Positions 1 through 11,087 of a stretch of DNA of 64,000 nucleotides are shown piece after piece. Source of the DNA: Amphiscolops sp. MND2022 (lineage: Eukaryota); the NCBI GenBank assembly GCA_964187785.1, contig OZ076409.1, positions 7,318,001 through 7,382,000 of the forward strand, written 5' to 3'. The first letter of the stretch is position 1, and each line of letters starts with the position of its first letter. The position numbers and the translations under genes were made by a program. Below the pieces are notes generated by a model that was given only the letters and a program-made list of their open reading frames with translations, did not search any database and was not told where the DNA came from.

Positions 1-47
1 CATCAACTGAACGACAGGCGCAAGGACAGGATGTTCAAGCTGCACGC

Positions 48-1720
48 ATGGACGCCATGAGCTATCGAATGGCTGAAATGAAAGATATGATAGCCCAGAG
101 AGAGGTACGTATGGAAGCCCAAATGCAGGAGGTATGCTCGCAAATACAAGCGATGGGCACCATGCTGAAGAATGTCCAACCTCAACCAGCGCCAGCAAGC
201 AGCACTATCAAAGAACTGCTGCAAGACACTGACCTATCCCTGTCGAAGCCCATGAAGAGTGTCTCGCTCAAACCAACGGAGAATGTAATCACCGCAGCAA
301 ACCCCTCTGGTTCCAAACAACACCTGGCGAGATATACACCCCTACCTCAACCTCTGACTCCAAATAGAGAGGCTGTATCGACATCGACAAGGCTAATCCC
401 CCCGGTATCGACGAAGCTTATCCCGCCTATAACAGCATCTCACGAAGAAGAGCCAACGTGCGAGGCGATAACCATCAAAACTTCGAGCATGGGTATCACG
501 GGCCTGTGAGAGCCCACACGCACCAACGAACTAACTGAAGTCACAAGTACCTTCCAAACAGCAAACGCGACTTTGGGAGAATCAACTGCAGAATTCCAAA
601 CCGCGGACAATGGGTTGCCCCCGGGCAACCCGCGCGCCAGCAGCACCCGACGCAGAGAAGTGATCATCCCTGAAAACACCGATGAATCTGTCAAATCAAC
701 GCGAGGAAGCAGTGTTCCACCACCAGCTATCACTGAAGAAGCGCATAAATCACCGGAGCAACTCAGGTTCACCGAGGTAATATCAAAGGCCATGTCCAAA
801 GAACTGGCGCCACTAATTGCCAATCGATATCAAACCAGGGTCCGCCCTACGGTAAATAAAGGCACTAAAGATGGCACCGTCGATGGGTGGCTCCCCGTGA
901 TGAAACGATTCCTAGAAAGGGTGCACGCCAAAACCCCCGAAAATCGACAAAGCATAAGCTATCATCGACCATCTGGAAGGAGAAGCAAGAAATTACATAA
1001 TCAATAAATCTGAACCTGAACGAGATGAACCCGACAAGGTATTCGCCATCCTGGCCAGCAGGTTCGGAACCGGTGGAAACCGCATGCATGTCCGACAAAC
1101 CTTCATGTCCCGTAGCCAGCAGGAAAAAGAAGATTGGATGCAGTTCTTGGACGCATTGGAAGGTCTACGCACCCAAGGCTTCCCGGACGAGCCCATCACT
1201 ACACGCCGTTATGAAATCCTGCAACGTTTTATAGATGGAGTCAGTGACCCAACTCTGCGACAAGAACTGGCTGTGGTGTACGCCGCGGAAAGTTATCTGA
1301 CTGAACCGCCCACCGTGGAATCTTTGAGGTTCACTACGCGACAATTGCAGCGGCATCGTCCCACAACAACGAAGCCCTATGACCCCAGGTATGCAATGAG
1401 ATCAAGGCCTCATCCCTTCGTGCCAGGAAAATTGGTTCATCCGGCACCAGGCTTACCGCAAAATGTGCTGCCTCCAAACCAGGGACAACGTGAGGTAAAG
1501 CCCCAGATTGCCCCAGCAGGTCCAGCATCGCTAAAACAGGCTCCCGCACCCCAGCAACCAGCGAGGGTGGTTCCCCAAGGAGCATGCTTCAACTGTGGAC
1601 TACCCGGTCACTTTGCAATGTGGCCTCTGCGTGTTCTGGCCCCGTATTTTGTGTCAACTGTGGTATGACCGAGCATTCAGCGTCGCAATGCCAAAATGTT
1701 CCTGTGCACGAGGACTTGGC
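48..1720 (+). pseudogene. gag: Gag-like region split over several frames, with CCHC knuckles
   Basis: ORFs 48-509, 573-1007, 1084-1668 and the start of 1584-2297; capsid-like VDGWL..MKRFLE and FIDGVSDPTLRQEL segments; zinc knuckles near 1585-1695. Confidence 0.75.
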
Positions 1721-2269
1721 CTACAGCCTCTGGACTGAACAGCCACCTGCTCCTCAGACGATGAGTGATAGTGAAATGGTTCTCATGCTACGTCCAGCCG
1801 AAGCCGCCCACGTGGCGACGCCCCTTACCGTCACATGCGGCAAAATCCAAATCCAGACGAATCCAGAGCCCACCACTTTTGACCCTTTGGGACGCACGAT
1901 CATGTCTGCTCGACTATTATTGGCAATTGAGAGAGAGACGCGCCCAGGACTCACGCTAGACGCCTTGATCGATGAGATGACCACAAACGAGAACTGCCGG
2001 CAACTGACTCTGCCCCAACCCGAGGAGTGGCAAGTAAAAGGAGTCACCTCGACGTATCATGCCTATTCTCCCATTCCAGTTAAAGTTTGCATAGATGGCG
2101 TCGACATGCGTTTTGGTGCAACTATCATAACTGATGCGTCTCCTCCTGGAAGCTGTTTGGGACCGCAAGAGCTACGCTGTTATAACATTGATGTTCAAGA
2201 ACCATCTGGTGAAGCAAGAATCGATGAACATGCGTCGCTCGTGGTCTCATTCGTGGTCCCCCATGCTGC

Positions 2270-2785
2270 TCCCGTGCCATTGCGTGGACTGATGTAGACA
2301 CTGGTTCAGGAGTATCCATCCTCACGTTCTCAGCCTACAATCGAATTGCCGTGCGCACTGGTACGCTCCTTCGACCTTATGGCATCGACTTGTATGCGGC
2401 GAATGGAAAGACGATCAAGACTTTTGGTCTAGCTGAAAAAGTCAAATTCCAATTGGGAGGTTACGAATTGGAGACTAACTTCGTAGTGGTTGACGACGCC
2501 ATGGGATTGGAAGACTTCCTCCTGGGCAGGAACTTCCTTCGAGCCTATCAGGTCTTAGTGGATCTCACTGCGATGAAAGTCATCGTCCGAGCCCCGTCTG
2601 AACCGGTATGGTATCATGCCCATGCGCAAGTAAGTAACGAATCGCTTAACTCGTCGGTAGCGATTGCACAGGACGTAGTATTACAACCTTTCGAACGCAC
2701 CATATTACGCGCTAAAATGCTTGTAGACAACTTAGAACCTTTCATGTTCCGAACTGTGCTAATCAATTTTCAAACACCTAGCTGA
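2270..2785 (+). pseudogene. Retropepsin aspartic protease (frameshifted)
   Basis: gtagacactggttcaggagtatcc reads VDTGSGVS at about 2293-2316; downstream ANGKTIKTFG and FLLGRNFL in ORF 2351-2785. Confidence 0.85.
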
Positions 2786-3258
2786 ATGTTGAAAAACGCC
2801 GTATTTTGAGAGGACACCGTGGCAACCGTGGGGGAAACGGGCTTCCTTTACGTCAGTTTAGGGAATCTTACCAGCAACGTACAGCGGATCAAAGAAGGCC
2901 ATCAACCAAATTGTCCCCGTACAAGTAACTGAAACTCAGCAGTCAAATGCAAATTATGTTTGTAAAGTATACGAACAGATGAACCTTGATTCTTCTTCTG
3001 AATATAGCTCTTCACTGAATTTGAGTTTTTGTCCTCTACCGATCCGTCAGAACTAGGTTTGTCCAAGCGAGAAATTGAAAAACGTACCGATCCGGCGTTA
3101 ATGGTTCCAATACTGGGCCCGGAAGCACAACTCGACGAAGTGCGCGGTTTGTGGGGTCCGGCCGCTAGCGACACGCCTAGTAATTTTTTGAAGGAGTTTG
3201 ATGACCTGTTCATGAAATACAAAGCCGACATCGGCAAATGTAAAATCGCTAAGCACCC

Positions 3259-5703
3259 GTGGAAGTAGAGCCAGGGGCTGTACCCCACCGTGAAGGTGCA
3301 CGACGAATGTCACCTGACAAGGTAGAACGTGCCAACCAGGAAGTTCGTGACTTGCTACCTTTGGGAATGATACAACCTTCTCTATCCCCTTGGATGAGCG
3401 GTATTGTCATGGTCAAGAAGAAGAGTGGTGAGTTGCGATTCTGTTGTGACTTTCGATCACTTAATGAAGTGACCATCAAGGACGCATATCCTCTGCCACG
3501 CATCGACGAGAGTCTATCCCGGTTAGGTAAGGCCAAAATCTATACCAGTATCGACTTAGCATGGGCATTCTGGCAAATTCCTGTCCGAAAAGCTGATCGC
3601 CAAAAGACTGCCTTCGCTTGTGAACTTGGACTATTCGAGTGGCGGCGCATGCCCTTTGGTATGTGTAATGCTTCAGCAACCTTTCAACGGGCAAAAGCGC
3701 GAGCGCTACAGAGAATTGTGAATCGTGAAGGAAGTATGGTAATGGCTTATATCGATGACATCGTGATTCCTACCGAGACCATTGACGACCATATGGATAG
3801 ACTGCGTGAAGTATTCCTATGCCTGCGCGACGCCGGTTTCAAGATGAGGGTCTCCAAGTGTTATTTTATGAAGTCAGAGATCAAATATTTGGGCCGAGTG
3901 GTATCCGCAGACGGTATCAAGCCAGATCCAAAGGCTGTCACCAAGCTAAAAGACTGGGATATCCCACGAACCAAAACTGAACTGCAAAGTTTTCTGGGTT
4001 TTGCCAACTACTACCGCGATTTTATTCCCTGGCTGGCAAAATTGGTTGCCCCTCTACACGCAATGACGGGCACAGGCTCTCCATTTTTGTGGGGGGAGGA
4101 GCAGCAACGAGCCTTTAACAGCATCAAAAAGGCGCTAATGGAAGCCACTGCTCTGGCAAAACCCGACACTGAAGGTGAATTCGTTGTAGACACCGATGCC
4201 AGTGGCGTAGCCATATCAGGTATTCTTCACCAATAGCAAGGACCACCTGAGAGTCGCAAGCTGCGACCGATTGTATTCGGAAGCAAAAAGTTGACCTCTA
4301 CGCAGGCCAAGTATGGAGCCCCGAAACTGGGAATGTACGCTGCATACTATTTCATCTTGAAGAACCACAGTTATCTCTGTCCACGGAAATTCACACTGAG
4401 GGTCGACAATCAGGCCCCCTCATGGCTAAAAACATATTCGATGGACCAGGCGATCATTGGTCGATGGATCGTGGCTCTCGAAAAGTACCATTTCAGCATT
4501 GAGCATCGATCCAGAACACAACATCGAAATGCCGATGGCCTTAGCAAACGAACCAACGACTATAAAAAGCATGAGAAACAACTGAAAGGTTTACCTGCAA
4601 TTGCCGACAAATGGATTTTCCTGTCACAAGAGGAGTATGACAAACTCCCGCTAGCCCCATGGTTTGATGTCCACGGACGTGTGATACCAGATCACCCTGA
4701 ATTGTCTACACACTTGCAGAGATTGGCTAGCCAACGCTCACCCGAAACTACGATAACTGCTCCCGCACGGAAGAGCGGACAATACAAACAAAGTGCAATC
4801 AAACGCGACAAAGCAATGAAAGCACCTTTACCCACACTGCCAATTCCCGAATTGGCAATGCCTGCCGAGTTCTATCCCGAGTATCCTGAGGATTGGTTGG
4901 AATTAACCGAAGAATATCAACGGGACTACTTGCTTCCCACACATGCTGCCAACGTGCCATCAAGAACTACCTACCCGCTGACTGGGGAGGAAAAGCAAGC
5001 AACTGACACCGCGCCTGAGTATGTGAAGCAGATGGCGTTCGTGGTTAACAGCGTATCAATGGAACTGCATGAACAAGCAAACACAATTCATGGGTTAAAG
5101 CTGCTAGCACAAAACCGCGATGTTCACATTTTGGCTATCAAAAAGTTGGTAATGCAAGAATCAATAGACCAAGACATCTTTCCCGAGAACGTGCGCGCCT
5201 TTGCCAGGAATTACTACAAACAGAAAAAGAACCTCCTATTAGTTAACGCCAACGAGATATTGTGTGTAAAGTATCCCAAGAGCCAGAGAGCGCTGCACGA
5301 ACGCCCATGCATGATTGTAATGCCCCAATTGTATCAGCACGAAATCTTGTTCAAGGCCCACGACGCTATGGGACATTAGGGTATCGCAAAAGTCTTGGCA
5401 AGAATACAAGAACGCCACACTTGGCCAGGCATACGCCGCACCATTGCGCAATACGTCAGCCAATGCAAAACTTGCCAACAAGTACGCGATAAAAACGGTG
5501 ATGTACGATTTCACTTGAAAAACATCCAAAGTGGCTACTTCAACGAGCTGGTTCAATATGATCATTTAAAGATCTGCCCCTCCGACGATGGCAATACTGG
5601 AATCTTGGTTATTATTGACCATTTTTCCAAGCTCGCGGAAGCAGTACTGTGCAGCCACGACGAATACGACGCAGCGACCACTTCGAAATTATTGTTGCAA
5701 AAG
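3259..5703 (+). pseudogene. pol: Reverse transcriptase, RNase H and truncated integrase
   Basis: ORFs 3259-4236, 4291-5379 and 5395-5703 are separated by in-frame TAG stops; LRFCCDFRSLN, YIDD, DTDASG and HHCC motifs present. Confidence 0.92.
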
Positions 5704-6076
5704 TCAGAGATCGCTTCGTTACTTTTAAACTTCTGGTATTTTGATATCATGCATTATCTCGAGAACCGCTGTTTTTCGCAGAAAGTGTTCAGCACAAACT
5801 TTGCCCCTTTGATTCTGATCTCTGACTTTTGAAATTAAAACATTTTCTGAAAAGGCTCTCTGAAGAATTTACACCGCAAAATGATCAGGCTATGCATAAT
5901 GTTCAATTTTTACTCCGTAAAATATTGCTTCGACGAAATTACAAGTGTTCAATTTCCACTTGGTTAGATGAAAACAAGTTTTAGTACTGATCTCTTTTGT
6001 ATGCCAAACTATACTCTTTCAAAATGGTAGCAATAATGGTTCCGTAACAGAACTAATCTAATACACATATGTGTAT

Positions 6077-6732
6077 AACAAGCTGGGACAGGCTTAAGTC
6101 GGCGCCATATCTAAGGCTCAAAAATAGCAAAAGGACTTCAAAATGTATTGGTGAATTGGGGACCCTTTTTTGAAAAAACTTTTTGAAAGAAAGTCTCATA
6201 ATGCCGAAAAATGTGAAAGGGGCCCTTTAGACTTTCTCAACATCCAGTCTGTTGCAAAAGTCCAAAAAATTGAAGGGGGGACCAAACACTCGAAAACTCA
6301 GAACCTCGTCCAATACAAAAAATGAAACAGACGTTCAGAACCTCGAAAACATATTAGGGATCCCCCTTTGGCTACCTGGGTGTTTTTCAATAAGATTTTT
6401 TTCTGCACTATGAGACTTTTTTTTGAAAATTTTTGGATTGCACCAAAGGATCTCCCCTTCAGTTGTTGCGATAATTTGCATCAGAATGGATGCTAGAAAA
6501 TTCCAAAGGGTCCCCCTTTTATAATTTTCGGCACTGTAACTGTTGAAAAATCTCATTTTTTAATTTTTTTTCGATTGTTTTAAAGTCTCCACAGGGTCCC
6601 CTCCAAGTTTTTTTGATATTTTGCATTAAACCGGAGTTTCAAAAAACCCAAAGCCCCCCCTTTTTACAATTTCAAAAGCTTTGCGCTTTTTGATCCTCAG
6701 ATATAGCGCCGACTTTGGCCGTTCACGGCTTG
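6077..6732. mobile_element. Non-autonomous Helentron-family repeat with a 3'-type end at both termini in inverted orientation
   Basis: Left end aacaagctgggacaggcttaagtcggcgccatatctaaggctcaaaaa; right end gatatagcgccgactttggccgttcacggcttg. Both match the 3' end of the Helentron at 40725-40754. Confidence 0.7.
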
Positions 6733-6784
6733 ATAAGTTTTTGGTACCCTATACATTTCCTTTCTCATTGATAACAGCCAAATA

Positions 6785-7051
6785 CTAAATATTCAATGGT
6801 GACTGAATCATTTCAGGCTGTTGGAAATGCCCTTGAACGTTTTGATTTTTGGCTGACCTTTGCAGGGCCTGAGAGCCAGAGATCAAGCTGGTTCCAGTGG
6901 AGCAGTGCGCGTAGCTTGCCATCTGGTCTTCTCGTCTCTGCAGTTGCGAGAGAGTCGCGTCTACGTCACTAGTCGCCTCTTCGGGTTTCCGGGAATTGAC
7001 CAATCCACGCTCAGAGTCACTGTCGAACACTTCATCCAGAGTAATCACTGT
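6785..7051 (-). CDS. Candidate terminal exon of an unidentified host gene
   Basis: Acceptor ttcatgtgcag, then an open frame TVITLDEVFDSDSERG...QSPLNI-stop; higher GC than the flanks and not a recognised repeat. Confidence 0.3.
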   Translation of the reverse strand, partial: TVITLDEVFDSDSERGLVNSRKPEEATSDVDATLSQLQRREDQMASYAHCSTGTSLISGSQALQRSAKNQNVQGHFQQPEMIQSPLNI

Positions 7052-7119
7052 CTGCACATGAAATTGAAACAAAACTTCAATCATATCCCCAAAACATTTT
7101 GATTCGTTCTTCTAATCTA

Positions 7120-7790
7120 CAGTAGTGATATTTCTAAAAGCAACAAAAGGCAAATCTCAAAATCGAATATCTCAAAAACAGCAGCGATTTCTCAGAAATG
7201 ATAAAAGTGAAAGTTTCTTAGATTTTTGTCAAGTTTACAAATATGTTTATTTCAAGATTATGCGGTGAAAATTGTAAAATATACGATAGGCCATTTGTAG
7301 CCAAATGTAAGTCAAAATTGAAGTTTTATTCGCTTTTAGTCAACTTTTGCCTAAAATTTTTGGAGAAATTTTATGTCCAATCGACTCCCCTGATCTAACT
7401 GAAGCCCTTGATATGTTTTGATTTAGAAATACTCTTAAAATCGTAGAAAAAATGCGCTGTTAAATTAGACCTTTTTGGAAATACATGTATTAAGACATGA
7501 TTTTGAAGTTTATCTACTTAAAACAAGCTCATACTAATGCAATTTAGAATACTTTCGAGAAACAATTATATTGTCAGATTCGAAATGTTTGCGAGAATTT
7601 TTCTGTCAAAATTATTTTGAAATCAAAAAGTTGTAAGTGGGTCAAAAATTTAAAAAAAACTAAAAAATGATGTTTTGGAAATCACTCTCGACCAATGAAA
7701 TGAGCGCGTGAGACCTTGATCAACCAATGAAATTTTTGTTTATTTGCTTTCTTTTCGCGTGCTATGTTGCTTCTTCTAGAATCACTACTG
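7120..7790. mobile_element. Non-autonomous Tc1/mariner-type DNA element (MITE)
   Basis: Imperfect TIRs cagtagtgatatttctaaaagcaaca / tgttgcttcttctagaatcactactg, with TA on both flanks. A partial inverted copy of the left end lies at about 23600-23730. Confidence 0.8.
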
Positions 7791-9328
7791 TACAAAATGT
7801 CGCGTTCTGACCGGCTGCCAAATGAAACAATTTTTCAAAATACAATAGTGTAAGAAATAAACTGTACCTTTATTTGTAAAAAAAAGAATTGGACCGAAAC
7901 AAAACTAGCTCTGATTTCTGCTATCATCCAAGTTATTTGAAAATCAGATAAACAAACATTCTAAAGTTTTCTTGGCCACTTGAAATGTAGGTTTGCAAAT
8001 AATGAAGAAACTTCCTAATTTCATTTTTCATTGATTGGATTTACTAGTGAATTGGCATATGGGACATCATTTTGGACAATTTTGTAACATTTGGCTCCTA
8101 ATTGGAACTTCTGTTTTTTTGGCAGGTACTTCTTCATTTACTGAAGTCGTTCAACTATTTGACATCAAGATAATTGGTATCATGTAGTTTTTGAAAGAGG
8201 TTTTCTATTATTTTATTTTATTTACTATCTTAATACGTGAGACAGCTATTTTTGGCAAAGATTGGGGATTATGTTTTCGGTGGTACATTTTTTACTGATA
8301 AAATTGATATCAGAAGAATCTGCTGATTAAATCGATTGTACCCATTATCTTAAACATTCGATTTGTCTTTCCAGTCACTTAATTTCGTGAGTAAAATCAA
8401 GAACGAAAGAAATCCCCATGTAAAATGCTAGCTTTGTTTACTTGCAGTCCAAATTTTTTCTTACACATAAGGGTTCAGTTCTTTTCCTGAACTATTGTAC
8501 ATCAACGGAGTCAATTGCAATTCATCGAAATATGGTGCTCAATTGTTGTAGTACTAGTCGACATTGCTTCAACTTTTTACATGCTGCCTGAAACATGCAG
8601 GCTGATTTTTTTATAAACTTGGAAAGTTCAGGGAGCATGCATGGAAATATTCTGTGAAACATCCAAGCAGTTTGTAAAATGTTTAGAGCGTATTCATGCT
8701 CATTGGAAAAAAGCTTCAAGCATTAGATTGATTGTGTCACTTGCTGTAATAGTCAGGATAAATACCGACCGAATATTTTGGCCACTGGGATGATCATTTA
8801 TCGGACCAATTATTACTAAAGGTATACAAGTTCTGTGCTTACTGTGTAATTTTGCATTTTTGAAGATAGGATAATACTGCATCCCATAATACTGAAAAGA
8901 TAATGAGTAACAGTTGTAATGTTTCACATATGAAAATTTTGAAAAAAAGTAAAGACAAAATAACAACGAAATCAATTGGCGAAGTCTTAAGTGAAAAACA
9001 TTGGAGACGTAAAATGCTGCTTGCGGAATGAAAAAATCGACTGCAACTCAGTCTGACTAATTGAAGATATAGTCTTCAACAGATGCGGGAAAAGTTACTT
9101 TGCAAGGCTATAGAGAAAAACAATGTTTTCCAACGTATTTCGACGAAATTCATAAACTGGATGGAACAGTGGCGATTTTTGTTACAATCGAAATCCGATA
9201 CGAATGGTTCGGGCTTCAACGGTTTTTTTTCCGACTCATTTTTCTTGAGCGAGATGTTCGCTGAAAACACTAACATTTAGACAGAGACAAAGCTGCGCCT
9301 CGCAAGGTTCACGATTTGTTTACATGAG

Positions 9329-9543
9329 AAACAAGCCGAGACCGGCCTAAGTCAGCGCCATATCTAAGGATCAAAAATAGCAAAAGGACTTCAAAATGTC
9401 AAAGTATTGATGAATTTGGAACCTTTTTATAAAAACAGAAGTTTTGAAAAAAACTCGCAATGCCGAAAAAACTGAAAGGGGGACCCTTTGGGATTTTTCA
9501 ACATCCAGTCTGTTGCAAAACTCCAAAAAAGTGAAGGGGGACC
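9329..9543 (-). mobile_element. 3' part of a HINE copy interrupted by the LTR element
   Basis: aacaagccgagaccggcctaagtcagcgccatatctaagg is the reverse complement of the family 3' end; the element resumes after 23180. Confidence 0.75.
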
Positions 9544-11087
9544 TGTCGCAGGCGGCCGCCTGCGATGGCAATTGGTACTCTGTGGCATATGACTACAGCA
9601 AGGCCCTACCCGGAACGGTCCCCCTTAATTGAGGAAAATAACGAAGAAGTTTGAAACTTAGTGTAAAACTAACCATTTTGCAAAACTATTTTCCATGTAT
9701 TAATGCCCTTAAAATACGATGTTACTTTTATTCAGTTACTGTATTATTGATTTAATACATTGCATTATGTAAAGTTGATTAACAGCATTAATAATTGGAC
9801 ACCAAGGCGTACAGGAGGAGGAAACGAGTTCAAGTGTTTTCTCTCCTGTCGCCGAGGACGGCCAGTCCAATTATTAAACTGACCAATCAGAGTGCAGTGT
9901 TCATTAAATTAATCCATTCTAGTACGGCGCGGCTTTGTACAAGCGCCGTACTCGGCTTTTGTTCGTATATTCGCTTAGTGCTTAGCTGTGATTAAAAGGA
10001 CTGCTGGTCCAACTAGCCATGCGTTGCTTCAAATAAGCCATTATTTCAGGCCGTCCACGTCTATTTGGACGCCAAGGACGTATTTTCTCTGTGCCTTAGA
10101 AATGATGAAATATACCATGAAATGTTGCTATTTAGTATGTATTTAGCCTGCTTGGCTAAAACACCACTCTATTTATTAAAAAACATGAAATTTGTTGTAC
10201 ATGTAAATGTATGAAGTGTTGAATTGATGATGCTATGTTAAGGACTCAGTGTCCTCTTAAACAAATCAAGCCGACAGGCTTTGAAGTCTAATTTTAGACC
10301 ACTATGTGATGTCATGTTGCTATATATAGCAGTTACTGTATTTAGATGGCAGTGAAGGCTATTTTTAGAATGTGACCCCCATAATATTGCGTGTCATGTA
10401 AACTTGAACTATATATACTGCGGACCCTAGGTCCCAAAGACAATGTTACCTGTTATTGTTACAATCAGTTTGTTGGAATACTCAAACTCTGTTTGCAAGC
10501 CTAAGGAACTAATTCAAATTCTTACCTCTTGCAATAAACTCTTATGCCTTCTACAAGGAGACAGAAAGCAAAAGCTAGAAAATCCAGAGAAATGGACATA
10601 TTGTCCGATATGGATAATTTAGACGTGATGATTGGGAATGAAAACCCTTTAGAAAGAGAGTTAGCAGGTGTAATAGACCAATCTTCCGTCCACGGCGACA
10701 TGGAAATTGGTAGCCATTCAAGAAATGACTTTAGAGATTTCATACATGAAAATGAGCCTCATGGTCAAAATGACATAAGACAGTCCTTTGAAACTTTCTC
10801 AAACGAATTTAATCTTAGGTTGTCCCAGGAAATGGATTCTATGATGGCTATGGTTCACGGTCAAATAAACAGAGCAATTAGCACTGCTATAGCGGAGAAG
10901 GTGATTCCAGAAATACAAAACATTGTGAGTTCTATGTCGTCTTCAGGGAACAGGGACACTGAGGCCAGTACGTCCCCTAGTAGTCAGGAGAATAGGAATG
11001 ATTTATCCGGCTTAAGAACTAAGATATTGAAAAAGGACTCACGGTCCATGGGCGACTTAAGAAACGCCGCGGAACGTGGCTCTTACA
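9544..11087 (+). repeat. 5' LTR (1544 bp)
   Basis: Starts tgtcgcagg and ends ctcttaca. It looks identical to 21637-23180 by eye, and the ORF track gives identical translations. Confidence 0.96.

Larger units (their letters stand above)
1..5703 (+). mobile_element. Decayed Ty3/Gypsy LTR retrotransposon internal region (gag-pro-RT-RNaseH-IN), truncated inside integrase
   Basis: Domain order in the ORF fragments is zinc knuckles (CFNCGLPGH, CVNCGMTEHSASQC), protease DTGSG, RT (MPFG, YIDD), RNase H (DTDASG), integrase (AHDAMGH..CKTC, IIDHFSK). Many frameshifts and stops; homology breaks into AT-rich DNA at about 5703. Confidence 0.93.

Noticed and set aside
9444..9632. 62-aa ORF sharing its C-terminus with the 273-aa ORF
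   Set aside because: Chance fusion of HINE sequence with the LTR start; no ATG.
9544..11087. The 1.5-kb direct repeat as an assembly artefact or segmental duplication
   Set aside because: TG..CA ends, GGACC TSD, PBS and PPT identify genuine LTRs.
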